A stretch of 64,000 nucleotides of DNA from Paragordius varius (lineage: Eukaryota > Animalia > Nematomorpha), in NCBI GenBank assembly GCA_964247055.1, contig OZ176054.1:11470001-11534000 (forward strand). Reading direction: 5' to 3'. Positions 1 to 13,980 of this stretch are shown one piece after another. The notes beneath the pieces were generated by a model. The model did no database searches. It was not told the DNA's origin and worked only from the letters and a program-made list of their open reading frames with translations. Positions within the stretch are counted from its first letter, which is position 1. Each line of letters opens with the position of its first letter. The translations under genes were made by a program, and so were the position numbers.

Positions 1-60
1 TTTTGATAATTTTCAGTATGAGTTAGTAAACAATGCTTTATCATATTAATTGGGATATAG

Positions 61-2484
61 CAGTGGTACTCAAACCGCGGCCCGCGGGCCGGAGGCGGCC
101 CTAAGAGTGCTTTAAAATTGCCCTATGACCATATTGTTACTTACATTTTTTTTATTGATAAATTTTTAAAAAGCACATAAACGAATTTTCGCTTATTTTA
201 ATATTATTTTTTTTCTTTAGATTTAATTTTGGACCCAATTTGAAATGTAAAAAAATTTCCCTACATTAAAATGATTTTAAAATTTTGGCCCACGATGTTT
301 CTGTTTCTGTATTCTATTTTTTTGTCTTTTTTGAAATTTTTATTGCGTTCCTTTTTTGTATATAAGCAAGCCTTTCACCCAAACTTGCATATACACACTC
401 TTTTCATTGCTCTCCTGCATCATTTTTTTAACTCATTTCCATAAAATATTTTTCTAATCAACATCATTAAATTTCGACCTGTTTTTTTTATAGCATAATT
501 CAAACTATATTCCTATTTTGAAAAAAATTACATAATATTTAAACATAAATTCAAAGGATGACATCTAATGCTAAAAAACGTAAATTATCCAATTATAATC
601 GCTTTTTAAAAATTATGGGACGAAAAATAAATTTGTTACTTGCCTTATATGTAAGTACAACATAATTATTAAAAAATACAATATTGAAAGACATTGTACA
701 ATCCATCATTTTCATAAATTAACAATCATGAGGAAAGAAACGAAAAATATAAAAAGATTAAGGAATTATACCAAAAAAATCTATTATGTCCATAGCTTCC
801 CAATAAAAGCATCTGAAATTTGCTATATTTTAGGAAAAATATGAACCGTTTACTGATTCCCAACTAATAAGAAATTGTTTAATAAATGGTTGCACTTTTT
901 TATTTGATAAATTCCAGAATAAAGATCAAATCATGAGGCAAATTGAAAAACTTCCACTTTCTGATTCAATATGTGCTCGACGCATTGAAAATATGACTAA
1001 ATACCTTTTTAACAATACATTATTGGCTCTGAAAAACTGCAAATATTTTAGTATTGCTATTGATTCTAGTACTGATAGTTCAACACCATGTAGGATCTTC
1101 GTGAGATTTTGCAACGACAACATAATCAACGAGGAATATTTAAAATTTTTACCAATTAATAATGCCACAAAAGAAAGTGAGTCTTGAAATTATTAGCACT
1201 TTTTTCGATGATATGGTATATCTATCAAAAAATTGGTTTCTATCTGCACAGATGGCTGTCTCTCTATGATTGGAATAAACAAAAAAATAATCCTTTCACT
1301 GCTTTGTTCATCATCAAAACTTGGTTTCGCGTATAAAAGTAGTATCACTCAATTGAGTAATTAAAACAGTTTTGGATATATTTAACCACATCCGTGGCAG
1401 AAAATTCAACCGCCGTATTAAAAACCATCTGATATCCACAGTGAGTTTGATGATATTCTTTTGTACTCCGCTGTGCGATGGATAAGCCTTAAAGTATTAA
1501 ATGAATTTTTTGTTTAAAGGGATGAAATTCTATTAATAAAAGATACCAGAAAGTTTGACGAGGAAATCAATAGTAACAAATGGTGGGTTTTATTAGCCCA
1601 CCTTTGCGACATTACTAATAAACTTAGTTTTTTCAATTCAAGTCGTCAAGGGAGCTAATAACCCAATTTAGTAATAAAATATTTTCTTTTGAAGAAAAAT
1701 TAATAATATGTAAACAAGATTTTATAAATTAAACACTATACTTTTCAACACAATACGATTTATAAAGAAAATATGGAATTTAACGCCGAATGAATTTAAC
1801 AATAGATAATCATTTAACATTTTTATCTAATGAGATGAAATTCAGATTTCAAAAATTAAGGATTATTAAAAATTGCTTAAAACTCGTCGAAAATCCATGG
1901 CATATGGATATATCCAATAATAAACATGATCATTTCAGTTCTGATCAGGCGCATATCATTGAGGAATTCGTAGATTTTATAAATGATTCCAATTCGGAGG
2001 CTATATTAGAGGGGAATCGTAGAGAAGAAAGATATGTAGAGTTTTGGCAAGATATGCCAAATAAAAATGAAAATGTAAAAAATGTGCTTTTTTCCTAACT
2101 GTTTATCCTTCAACTTACACGTGTGATAGAGCATATACAAAAATGAAATATGTCATGAATACATACCGCTTAATCGATGATCGTATATACGACGTATTAA
2201 GATTGGCCGTCATGAGGCAAAACCAAATTTGTCAAAAATTATTGGTTAAAATCAAAATAAATGTTGTTATCAAAATATTTTAATTTTTAAACTAAATGGT
2301 ACAAAACGAGTTTTTAGCTGGATATACATGCAATCCGCAAAAAAATCATTGTTCTGATTTAGAGTATATATATGTACATATGTGCCAAATAGCTATGGAA
2401 TATTTGTCATTATAAGGTTCATGGCCCTCGAGAAAAAAAATATATTATATTTGGCCCGTCAAATTTTTTTACTGAGTACCACTG
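61..2484 (+). mobile_element. hAT DNA transposon, Buster/Charlie (GTF2IRD2-like) type, degenerate transposase
   Basis: TIRs CAGTGGTACTC (61-71) and GAGTACCACTG (2474-2484). 8-bp TSD GGATATAG/GCATATAG (7/8 match, central TA as in Buster elements). Transposase relics with frameshifts and stops: LPLSDSICARRI, FSIAIDSSTD..IFVRF and the dimerisation motif PSTYTCDRAYTKMK. Confidence 0.92.
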
Positions 2485-2598
2485 GCATATAGCAACAGCA
2501 CAGAGCATTAATTTTGGCAGTACAAAGTGGAAAAACTAACTCTTAACCAATAATAACTCCCTTTGTTGCATATATATATATAGATATATGTAGATATA

Positions 2599-3640
2599 CT
2601 GTGTGCAAAGAAGGGGATTATTATTTTTTAACAAATTTTTTTTATGAGATAGCTTATAACCAGCGAATTCATCATTTGCCACAAAAATTTTTATTTGTTG
2701 GTGACCTAGTTTTCTTAATATTAAGAGAAAAACGAAGGGCGGCAAAAAGTGAAAATAAAGGATAATTCAAAAAATAATGAAAAAATTTGATATATTATGG
2801 TTTAGCATCAAGATATATTTTCAATATATAAATATCCTAAATCATTTAGTTGAGTTATGAAATTTCAGTTCAAAAGATAGCGTTTTCTTTACACACAATT
2901 AAAAGAGAGAAAAATTTTTCAAACTATATCAAAATAATTAATTATTTTATTTATTGCTAAACTCACTATTAAAATCTCAATATTTATATTTTAAGCACTA
3001 AAAAACTTATATATCAAAATAACAAAAAATATTGTTATTTATTTTTTAATTTCTTTGTCATCTGGTTTATAAATGTATCAAAAATTTATACTGTTTTATT
3101 TTGCAATACATTTTAGTCTGTTTTAAGACAATTTAATATTTTTATTTGGATTTGTACGGATTGTTTGTTGTATTCAACTACTTTTATATCCTATTTGGCC
3201 TATTTACTTAAAAATTGTCACTTATGCAAGATTCCAAACAGCATTTATACACTCATTAACATGACAAAAAAATGAAAAAATAAAAAACAATATATTTTGG
3301 TTTTATTTTGATATATAGGTTTTTTTACTGACTAAAATTTGAATATTAAGATTTTATTACTGAGTTTAGCTAATAAATAAATAAAATTTTATTTTAATAT
3401 CTGAGATTTTATAGAAACCTTAACTATTGATTTTAATTTATATATTTAAATATGCCTTGATAATAAACCATAATAACCAAATTTTATCATTATTTAAATT
3501 ATCCTTAATTTTCATTTTTTGCCGGATATCGATTTTTTCTCAATATTAAGAAAAACTAGGTCACAAACAAATAAAAAATTTTACGGCAAATGAATATGCT
3601 GGTCATAAGCTATCTCATGAAAAAAATTTTTTTGCACGCA
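2599..3640. mobile_element. Non-coding foldback/MITE-like element with ~400-450 bp imperfect inverted arms
   Basis: About 2600-3075 is the reverse complement of about 3245-3640 (e.g. TTATGAGATAGCTTATAACCAGC vs GCTGGTCATAAGCTATCTCATGA). TA-rich microsatellite on both flanks. A related solo arm lies at about 15700-16235. Confidence 0.75.
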
Positions 3641-3714
3641 TTATATATATATATATATTATCTGTCAATAATTAACAAAAACTTGCAATGCATACTTTAT
3701 CATAGTAATGTGAA

Positions 3715-5720
3715 AGTAATCTATATATTCATAAAAATTGAAAATGCTGGCTTTGTGATCTGTTTCCAGAAAACCGGTAGACTCAATTAAATCCAAATGT
3801 TAAAAACATTAAATTCATTAATGAATGCCCAGACAATAGCTTCGCCTTTTTTGAATTTCCCCCCAATTCAGCCCCGTGTGAGAATGGGTGTTATTTAAAA
3901 ACAGAAGTCCAAATTCTTTGAGACAATTTTCCGAAAAACGTGTTGGGTTATTCGATTTCAAATATGATTTTTTCCCTAATTGCGCCGAACATAGTTGGCT
4001 CGCTTTTTTAATTTAGGCCCTCCTACCCGCTCCCGTAAAATGTCATTTTGTTTAAAAAACTAAGTCCACAAAAATAATTTTTTAAATCTATCATTGGCGC
4101 AAGGTATGCCGTAAAAATTCAATGAGATTACAGGTATTCCCTGTTAAAAGGCAAAAAATTAGTCATTCATTTCTTTTACATTGGCTGCTGGGCAAGAAGA
4201 TATCCGATAAAAACTGCCCCGTCATATCGAAATAACTTTTTTAGGAGTTGATTTTCAGAAAACCTATCAGGCCATATAAGTTCAGCTGCTTATAATATTA
4301 CCCGTAACAAGGGAAAAATTCAGGTCGTGTGCTTTTATAAAATTCCGATAATTAGGTCCTTCACGCCCTAAAAAAGGCGCTACCATAGAATGATTTTTTA
4401 ATTTTGAGGAAATTTTTCCCTAAACTAATGAGAGCATGTGGAATCAATCATGATTCCAGGTCTCCGTAACAAGGCAAAAATTATATTCAAGCGCTTTTTT
4501 TGTATCAGCCTCTGGATAGGAGGCTACCCGCCTAAAACTGAGCCACCATATCGGAATTGCCGTGTTTAAAGTTAATTTTCGGTAAACTTATCATGCCATA
4601 TAAGTTTAATAAGGGCCTGAAATATTACCCGTAAAAAGGTAAATATTTAAGTTGAGCAGTTATTTTATATTATCCGTTAATTAGGCCCTTTATTCTCTAA
4701 AAAATGCGTTATCATTTAACTGATTAGTTTTGAAGCCATTCTTTCACAAATTATTAAAAAGATATGGAATGAATGATGATTTCAGGTATCCCCCTATAAA
4801 GGCAATTTTTTTTATCGAATGTCGTTTTTATATTGGCCTCTGGGTAAGGGGCTATCCGCCTACAGCGCCACCATATACAGCGTGACTTTGAGGGGAAACT
4901 TACCAGGTCATATGAGTTATGAACTTGAAATATTCCCCGTATAAGGTAAAAATTTAAGTAGAGTGGTTTTATTAAATTGACCTAGGCCTTTGCCCTTTAA
5001 ATGCCTCACTCAGAATGACTTTTTTGAAGCAATTTTTTGAAAATCCGACGAAAGCATATGGAATCAATCATGATTCCTGGTATTACCCGAATTAAGGTAA
5101 TTTTAATCGAGCGTTTTTTTGTTTCGCTTTTGGGTCTACCCGCGTAAAACGTGTCACCATATCGATACAGCCTGGCTTTGGAGCCAAATTTCAGAAAACC
5201 TATGAGATTAATAGGAACCTATGGATTTATTTATCATATAAAGTCAAAAATTTTGCCCCATGCTTTATACCGGCCTCTGGGTAAGGAGCTACCCGTCAAA
5301 AACTGCGCCACTATATAGAAATTGCGTTTTTCTGGTGCTATATAAAGCCATATGAGCTCATTAAAGGCTTAAAATATTATCCGTAACTAGGTAACATCAG
5401 ACGTTTTTAAGCCGTTAATTTGGGGCGTTTATGCCCTAGAAATACGCCATAATATAATGATTATTTAGTATTGAGGTATTATTCCAATAACCCATGTGAC
5501 GATAATATCAAATATGATTTCAAATTTGTCCTATAAAGGCCATAGAGGTCTATGGGTAGGGGTCTACTGGTTAAAAACTGAGGCGCATACAAAAATGTCG
5601 TGTTTTGGAGATTTTTCAAAAAGCAGCCATACGAGTTCAGTTTAATACATTTCTGGGGAATTCGTATAATATCATTCTTTTTTTTAAAAAAAAGGAACAC
5701 AAATGATTTATTTTTTATAT
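3715..5720. repeat. Degenerate tandem array of ~160-bp monomers arranged as ~320-bp dimers (segment A, copy 1)
   Basis: Recurring GATT(C/T/A)CAGGT..AAGGCAAAAAATT at ~4120, 4445, 4775 and 5065. Recurring GGGTAxGxGCTACCCGCCTAAAACTGCGCCACCATAT-like core. The whole segment is duplicated at about 22465-24480. Confidence 0.8.
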
Positions 5721-6299
5721 CCTTTGATCCCAGCTACAACTTCAAAATAAAACTTTTAACCATGAATTCGTAAAACATCTATAAATAAATCCAATGATAG
5801 TTGAATATTGACTATAATAAGGGACATATAAATATGGTCATTTTCAAGTAAACAATGTTTGAGCCTATGCAAAACCCGTAAGAGAATAATTAAAGACATT
5901 CTTTTTTATTATTTTTTATCTCCATTATCTCTATTTATTGCAAATTATTAGAAATAATTATCGGTGAGAGATATAATTGGAAAAATATTAGTAGAATATA
6001 AAAAATATAGTTAGTGCTATTAAATGATAACTAGCTGCGTAGTCTAAAAACTTACACGGTGCGCAAAAATAAATTATCTATCATTCATTAATTAATTTTA
6101 AAATCAGTGTAGCTTATTTTAAGTGGATTGTATATTTAAGAATTGTTTGATTTTTCTAAGTAATCCGTATAAATCTTAACTGTGTCACTCTATCAGTAAT
6201 CGCTTTAACAGGCTAATACCCCTCTATCATAAATAATTATTGGAAAAACTTATATATTTATCAGCTTTTCTGGGAATAGGATAATCTTATATTTACACA

Positions 6300-7378
6300 A
6301 TGAAAATAATCTATAACTATTCAATAGATCACCTTATCAAACGAACGGATGTTCAAATCAGCATTGATTTTATGCGGATTTTTTTTACTTTAACTATGTT
6401 GATTTATTTTTATTATTCTGTTTTGGCTTGGAAGAGAAAAAAAGTCCGAATGAATATGGCCCGATATGGTTTATGCACTCTAATGCTATGTTACCGAATG
6501 ACATTAGATTCCATTTATGATTAAATGTGGTTTTGATTGTTCCCAAAGAAAGAAATTTTTCTGTCATTTGCAAACTTTCAGCAATAAAAAATGACATGTC
6601 TATATTCAGTTTTATTCTTTCACATTAATTTATCACAAGCGTCCTAAATCAAAGTGAACGTGGCCTGTATAAAATAAATTGTAGGAAAAGGGCTTCAAAG
6701 TGTTTTTCCTACGTACATGATAACATCCATCATATATTTAATATGGGTAATTTGCCTTGCCCGTGGTACTTCAAACAAATTTGTGGTTGTGAATCAGAAT
6801 GGAACTCTAAATATATCTTCACCCAAATATCCTTACTGCATTACCAATAGTAGGCTTCTTAACGATTTCGTTTCAAAACAAGAGATAATAGATTGGTATC
6901 TGTATTTAATTGTCTACGTAATTACATTTGTGATCTTAATTTAATCTCTATACATTTTTGGCCGCAGATATAGCAAATTGAGTAACTTGCGTAAAGATAC
7001 GCTATTTAAACAACTTATGGAACAAAAAATATTTTACAACTTTAATACAGTCTTAATATTAGCTGCAATATCTATTGATATACCCCCAAAACCAAATGTA
7101 ACTAAAACGGTTGTCCGACTTAAAAAATATCTTATAGCTAAACGGATAAATCGCAAAATATTAGTCGTATTAATTTTATAGACAGGGATTTTTTATTAAT
7201 ATTTATTACAACAGTTATCAGGAATCATTTGTTTATCTCTCTCTACATTTTGGATGCGTAAATGTTTGAAATTTTTATGATGACCTATATGGAGCTCAAG
7301 CTACAAGCATATACCAACATTATGGAGATTATTTACTCTAACCAAAGAAACGGTGCAATAGGTGTGGAATGCGTTTAA
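6300..7378 (+). pseudogene. 7TM/GPCR-like pseudogene, copy 1
   Basis: Collinear with the copies at 20763 and 27625. The consensus shows seven hydrophobic segments, a Cys at the start of TM3, SER at the end of TM3, an N-glycosylated loop and an LDAKMF-type TM7. This copy has several stops and frameshifts. Confidence 0.7.
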
Positions 7379-7906
7379 AATAAAATATACATTATAGTGT
7401 GTGTGTGTGTCAAATAAATTTTCCTATTTTAATATTTTCTAGCTAATTTAAAAAAATATGGGTTAAAATGCGTCTAGAAAATTAAAACAGATTTAAAGTC
7501 AGTTATGATCAATTTTTTATTAATAACACTAGTCGACAAATTTCGACATTTTTGAGCACCACCACTCAATTTAAATTAGACTTATTTCATTGTTCTAAAC
7601 CGAATCTGAAAAAAAAATTTCCCCCAATCAGAATTTTGAGATATTATAGGTTTATTAATTTTTCAAAAACAAGAGAACATCGAGAGAAAATTAAATATAA
7701 CTTTATAATAAAAAGTTATAATATTATAAAATTAATATTATTTAATAAAACGTTTTAAACTTTATTTTTTGAATATAAATATGTCATTTAAATATCAGGG
7801 ACAAAAAAATAGTACGGATATAAACGTCAATTCAGTCTTTTTTTAATATTAAACACGGATTAATTGAATTATAAAAATACTAAAAGAGGCATTCTATGGT
7901 TTAAAC

Positions 7907-9697
7907 CAGTGGTACCCACCAAAAAAATTTGACGGGCCAAATAAAATATATTATTTTTTCGAGGGCCATGAACCTTATAATGGCAAATATTCCATAGCTA
8001 TTTGACACATATGTACATATTTATACTCTAAATCAGCACAATGAATTTTTTGCGGATCGCATATAAATCCAGCTAAAAACTCGTTTTGCACCATTTAAAA
8101 AATTAAAATATTTCGTTAACATTTATTTTGATATTAACCAATAATTTTTGATAAGTTTCGCCTCATGACAAGCAAATCTTAATACTGCGTCCATATGATC
8201 ATCGGTTAAGCGATTTCTGTATGTATTTTGGCATACTTCATTTTTGAATATGCCGCCTCACACGTGTAAGTTGAAGAAAAAACAGTATTTGGCACATCTT
8301 GCCAAAACTCTACATATCTTTCTTCCCCACGATTCTCCTAATATAGCCTCCTGAAATCATTTTTAAGATCTACAAATTCTTCAATGATATGCACCTGTCA
8401 AACCCGAAACGCTAAAGTTGCTTAATATTGGATATATCCATATGCCATGGATTTTCAACGAGTTTTAAGCAATTTTTAATGTTTCTTAATTCTAAATTTC
8501 ATCTCATTAGATAAAAATGTTAAATGAAAACCTCCGCGGTAATGTCGCAAAGGTAGGCTAATAAAACCCACTGTTTGTCACTATTATTTTCCTCGTCAAA
8601 CCTTCTGTTATCATTTATAAATAATAGAATTTTATGCCTTAAAACAAAAAATCTATTTAATACTTTGGTAAGGCTAAGCCATCGCACAGCGGTGTACAAA
8701 TATGGTCAAATTCACTGTGGATATCTTTCAGAAGATTTTTGAATATACGGCCGTTGAATTCTTTGCCACGGATGTTAACTATATCCACAAACGTTTTTAT
8801 TACTGAATTGAGTGATTCATCTTTTATACGCGAAACCAAGTTGCTGATGCAGTAAAAGGATGAAATATTTTGCAAATTATATTTTTCAAAAGGGGAATAA
8901 ATCCTTTGTTTATTCCTATGATAGAGGGGCAGCCATCTGTGCACAAAACTAATTTTTTTATAGATATGCCATTATTATCGAAAAAAATGCTAATTATTTC
9001 TAGGAAATTACTTCTTTTCGTTGTATTATATATTGGTAAAAATAAATACTCGTTGATTATGTTGTCGTTGCAAAATCTCATGAAGAGCGCACATTGAGAT
9101 GTCTTTCCATATTGATTTTTTATAATTATGTGGTCCTTAAAGGCAGGAAACAACATTTTTTAAAAAAAACGACAAAAAAAATTTCTTCCTATTCTTTTAA
9201 AGGAGCGATTTTCAGCGTATAATTTACGTTTTATAGCATTAGATGTCATCCTTTTAATTTATAATATTATGTAAATTTTTTCAAAAAAATAGGAATATAA
9301 TTTGAATATGCTATAAAATACAGGACGAAATTTAATGATGTTGATTTGATAAATATTTTATGGAAATGAGTATCAGAAAATGATGTAAGATAGCAATGAA
9401 AAGAATATGCAATTACAAAAAAGGAATAAAATACAGAAACAGAAACAACGTGTGCCAAAATTTTGAAATCATTTTAATGTAGGAAAATTTTTCTACTTTT
9501 CAAATTGGGTAAAAAATGAAAATTACCAAAATTAACTTTAAAGAAAATAAATTAATATTAAAATACGCGAAAATTCGCTTATGTGTATTTAAAAAATTCT
9601 TCAAAAAAATAATTTATGTATCAATTCGGTCATAGGGCAATTTTAAAGCACTCTTAGGGCCGCATGCGGCCCGCGGGCCGCGGTTTGAGTATCACTG
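7907..9697 (-). mobile_element. hAT Buster-type transposon, copy 2, internally deleted and inverted relative to copy 1
   Basis: TIRs CAGTGGTACCC (7907) and GAGTATCACTG (ending 9697). Perfect 8-bp TSD GTTTAAAC (7899-7906 and 9698-9705). Homologous to 61-2484, with transposase pieces LFMRFCNDNII, CTDGCPSIIG and FVDIVNIRGKEFNGR. Confidence 0.93.
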
Positions 9698-9799
9698 GTT
9701 TAAACCTTCGGCTTGATAGCCTATATTTATTTTGTTAGTTTTTATTTCGAATACTTATTAGGGTGTTTTTTTCTTCGGATTCTTACAAAAATCTTCTAT

Positions 9800-10190
9800 T
9801 TCCTAGTGGATATTATTTATTTTTTAAAATGATTGGTTGCCCTTTGAATTTTAGATGTGTTGGGTAGCCACTTTTAGTAGAAATACTGTTATGGGATTGG
9901 GCCATTTGTATTTACCTAATCTCTTCGATTAAATGGTAGAATTTATCTAATTTTATTCTGTGAATTGGTTAATTTGACATGTTAATTTGCCTGGATTTTG
10001 CTTGCAGGTCTCTCCTATCAGGCTCTACGATTACTAATTGTTACATATATGGAATAATTATAGGATCGTGGGGGAAAAGTTGCAGAGCTTGTGCACATAA
10101 GCCCTTTTAGATATTTAATACTTTGGCTCTTAGCTTGTTTGGTATCTCATTGTATTTAATGCCTAGAATTTTGTTATTCATGCAAATTTT
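9800..10190 (-). mobile_element. Possible non-LTR retrotransposon fragment (post-RT region)
   Basis: Minus-strand translation with stops: KILGIKY..NKLRAKVLNI.KGL and KLDK....SISTKSGYP. Only a loose resemblance to the LINE region downstream of the RT domain. Confidence 0.25.
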
Positions 10191-11297
10191 TTTGTACAAA
10201 TTTTAGTATCTATAATTATTCATAATATTTTCATTTTCCGTTTAGCTACAAATTTTTAAATGAATATTTATTTATTGTATATATATAAAATAACAATTTA
10301 GGATTAAAATTCCAAATAAAATAAGAAATATTGTTTCGCGAGTTTTAGCTTCAAATCATTTTATATCCTGGTGCATTTTCTCGCCAATTTGATCGGTAAT
10401 GCAATTAAACGGAAATCTTTCAATGTTCATCTATTATGTGTAGCTTTTTAATCATTACAGCCTAGATTTTATAAAATAATATACCCATCCGATGACAACT
10501 TTCTACAAGCTCCTGGCCTAAATATTAAAAAATATATTATACCCCAGTGTTAAATTTTTTAAACCTTCAAAAGCTTATTTTTCTCAGATAATAGGTTTAT
10601 AAAGAAGTTATTTTGAAAAAAAATTTTGATTAAAGGCCCATTAGCTATCCCAGCCTCAGCTTTGGCTTTACCAAGTTTATGATAATTTGAAAGTAAATGA
10701 ATGAGGCTAAATCTCTCTGGAGATTTTGTATGAATAAGCAGCATTTTTAGGCAGTTTATTTTAAATATAAAAATCAACGGCATTTCAAATAAAGTTTTAT
10801 TTAACGAATCACCAATAACATTTTCTGTAGAGTCTTCGTTGGGATCCATGCTCTGTCATTATTAATTATGGTATCAAAATATTTAAAAAGTTTTTCAGGA
10901 TTAATATTGATATTCCGCAAGTAATTTTTCTTGAAATATATTTACCACAACAGATGCAAATTTGGATCATTTTTTCATTTTCGAACTAAAATTATATGAG
11001 AATACCTGGATCTGGAATGTTACTTGCATCGACTTGCTCGTTTAAATATTTAAACATATATACACGAGGAATGATTGTTTTTTTTAAATTAAATACAATA
11101 TTATTAAATTTTGGAAAAATTCTATTGGTAACCTTAATTTTTTTTGTTTTGATCTTTCCATGCCATTATGTATCAGAAAATGCAAAAAAATGGGGTGTGC
11201 AAAACCTTGTTGAGCAGTGTAAATCAAATTAGTTATATTTTTGTAAAATTAATAATTGTAAAAAACATCCTATTATAGTTAATATTTTAGAGAAATT

Positions 11298-13980
11298 ACC
11301 CATGTTCGGGTAAGTATTAATTACGTCCTTATGCTTACATCCGTTGCTTAAATCTTTATGACGTCTTTATGCTTATATTTTTGAATAAAAATCATTTCAT
11401 CATAAGTCTGCTCCAAGTAGACTTACTAAAATTTCAAAGTGGCATAACTTTAAAAATATTGCGAATTTTTGATTGGAGGATAGAGAGTTAAATATATTTA
11501 ACAAATAATATATGGGTTTGAGTAATGTTGCTTCAATCTTTGGCATTAAAAGGGAACACTACACAACCCCTGTTAAAAAATAGATAAATCCTAAAACATG
11601 CATGCAAAATCAAAAGATTTTTGAAGAAATTGGTAGGCGTTTTATCCAACTATATTTTTTAAATTTTTTTGAATTATCAAAATTGAAATAGTTGCATACT
11701 TCGTGAAATAAAAAATCTACCAAGTTTTTAATTTTTTGAATTATTTAAATTGGAGTACAGAAAATCTGTAATGATACAAATAATTTATAGGTTTTAGAAA
11801 TCGCATCGATCTCATACACATCTTAGTTAACTAAACCGCTTCAAAAATAATCTGGAATACACTTGTAAAATCCAAAGTTTTTTAGAGGGTGTGCAAATGA
11901 TTTAACTATATTTTTTAGATTTTAATGTCATGGCGATTGAAATATCTGCGCACTTTTGTATTTTGAGGATGAAGCATTGAAGAATCTATCCATTTTATTG
12001 GATATTATAAAATATTTATTATTAGATGTATAAAAATAATATTTATTGAGAATTATTTGGAATTTAATATATCGTTTTTTAGATCTTGCAGCGTCAAAAA
12101 ATTATTTCAATCCACAGTACATAAATCTAAGGCTCTAAAAATATCCTATATCAAGTATATTCTGAGCGAATAGCATATTAGGATCATGATGCTTTTGGTT
12201 TTAAGTCTATCGAATATTTTGTTGATTGTTCCAATTAGATAAATTTATAAATTTTTTTGGTAATGCCTCTCTTTAAAAATATCATTATATTATGAAATTA
12301 ACTATATAAACCAAACAATTTATAATTTTAAGCGTAGGCTTGGGCACCAATAATAAATGGAGATTACAAGTACGTCAATAACGGTAAAAGGATAATTTAT
12401 TGTATATATGTTCGTTGGTATATAATGATCTATATATATATATATATATATATATCCAATATAATTAGGTCTAATGTATCCACATATATCAAAGTGAGAT
12501 GTTTTTTATACAATTAATTTAAGGTATAATAATAAAAATCACACGTGGTGGTGAGGTTATAATAATATAATAAAACTACAAACATAATTTACGAGGTTAA
12601 TATAATAATATATAACAGATGTTGTTCGTGCGGTTAAATGGTATAATAAATGATTTATTCAAATTAGCCTGTCAGTTACCATTATAACACATACTAGAAT
12701 TTGACAATTTAACAGATTTTTTTTCTTAAATTTTGGCAATTTATATGGTATTTTATGCTGCTTTAATATATAAAAAAACACCTTTTATATATAATTTGAT
12801 GATGCTTAACATTTCTATCACCTCAAAATTTTGATTAGCTTTTGCTTACAATTCATGGAATTATTTAGGGGTCTAAAAATTTATGATTTTTGGAGTCTAC
12901 GCTTAAAATTTTTTACTTCATTTTGGTTTTTAAATATAGTTCATTAATGATATTTTTATAAGGAAGGCATTTATCTCTCACCAAAATAAATTTATATATT
13001 TGCCTAACTTGCAACTTTTCGATAAGGAACAATTACCACAAAATTAAATATAACTCTGAATTATTCGTTAGACTTAAAACCAAAATCGCCATGATATTCC
13101 TAATATGCAATATATTTGATATATTAGGATATTTTTAGAGCCTCCGATTTTGTGTACTGTGGATTGAAATAATTTTTTGACGCTACAAGATCTAAAAAAC
13201 GATATATTAAATTCCAGATATCATATATTTATTCTCAATAAATATTATTTTTATACATCTGATAATAAATATTTTATCCAATAAAATGGGGAGATTCTTC
13301 AATGCTTCATCCTTATGCCTAAAGTGCGCAGATATTTCAAGCGCCATGACATCAAAATCTAAAAAATATATTAAATCATTTGCAAACTTTCTAAAAACTT
13401 TGGATTTTACATGTGTGTTCCGGATATATTTTTTGAAGCGGTTTAGTTAACTAAGATGTGTATGACGGGGCGATTTCTAAAACTTATAAATTATTTTTAA
13501 TATACAGAGATTTTCTGTCCTCCCATTTAAAAAATTCAAAAACTGGGTAGATTTTTTTATTTCACGAAGTATGCAAATTCAATTTTGATAACTCAAAAAA
13601 ATCTAAAAAAATATAGTTGGATATAATGCGTACCTATTTCTTCAAAAAACTTTTGATTTTTCATGCATGTTTTAGGATTTATTATTTTTTAACATGGGTT
13701 GTGTAAACCCCTTTTAATGCCAAAGATTGAAGCAACATTACTCAAACCTATATATTATTGGTTAAATATACTTTACTCTCTATCCTCCAATCAAAAATTC
13801 GTAATATTTTTAAAGTTATGCCACTTTGAAATTTTAATAAGTCTACTAGGAGCAGACTTATTATGAATGTATGATTTTTATTCAAAAATGTAAGCAAAAG
13901 GACGTAATCATAAGGATTTAAGCATAAGGATGTAAGCATTTTATGCATAAGGACTAAGTAATACTTACCCGAACATCGGT
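11298..13980. mobile_element. 2.7-kb non-coding foldback element with ~1-kb inverted arms
   Basis: About 11300-12345 is the reverse complement of about 12890-13978 (ends ATGTTCGGGTAAGTATTA / TAATACTTACCCGAACAT). The ~550-bp spacer contains (TA)n. The flanks join to match the uninterrupted paralogous site at about 28945-28965. Confidence 0.88.

Larger units (their letters stand above)
7527..11219 (-). mobile_element. Chapaev3-like (CMC superfamily) DNA transposon, degenerate, with nested insertions
   Basis: Termini CACTAGTCGACAA and (reverse complement) CACTGCTCAACAA match at 10/13 positions. TAA flanks both ends (7524-7526 and 11220-11222), fitting the TWA TSD of Chapaev3. Minus-strand relics KLGKAKAEAGIANGPLI and TDQIGEKMHQDIK resemble AKxKEGxFxGPQI and SDExGERFHQDI. 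Removing it restores collinearity with 28860-28900. Confidence 0.78.

Noticed and set aside
61-9697. Composite transposon formed by the two inverted hAT copies carrying the 7TM gene
   Set aside because: Each copy has its own, different TSD (GGATATAG/GCATATAG and GTTTAAAC), and copy 2 lies inside the Chapaev3-like element, so they are independent insertions.
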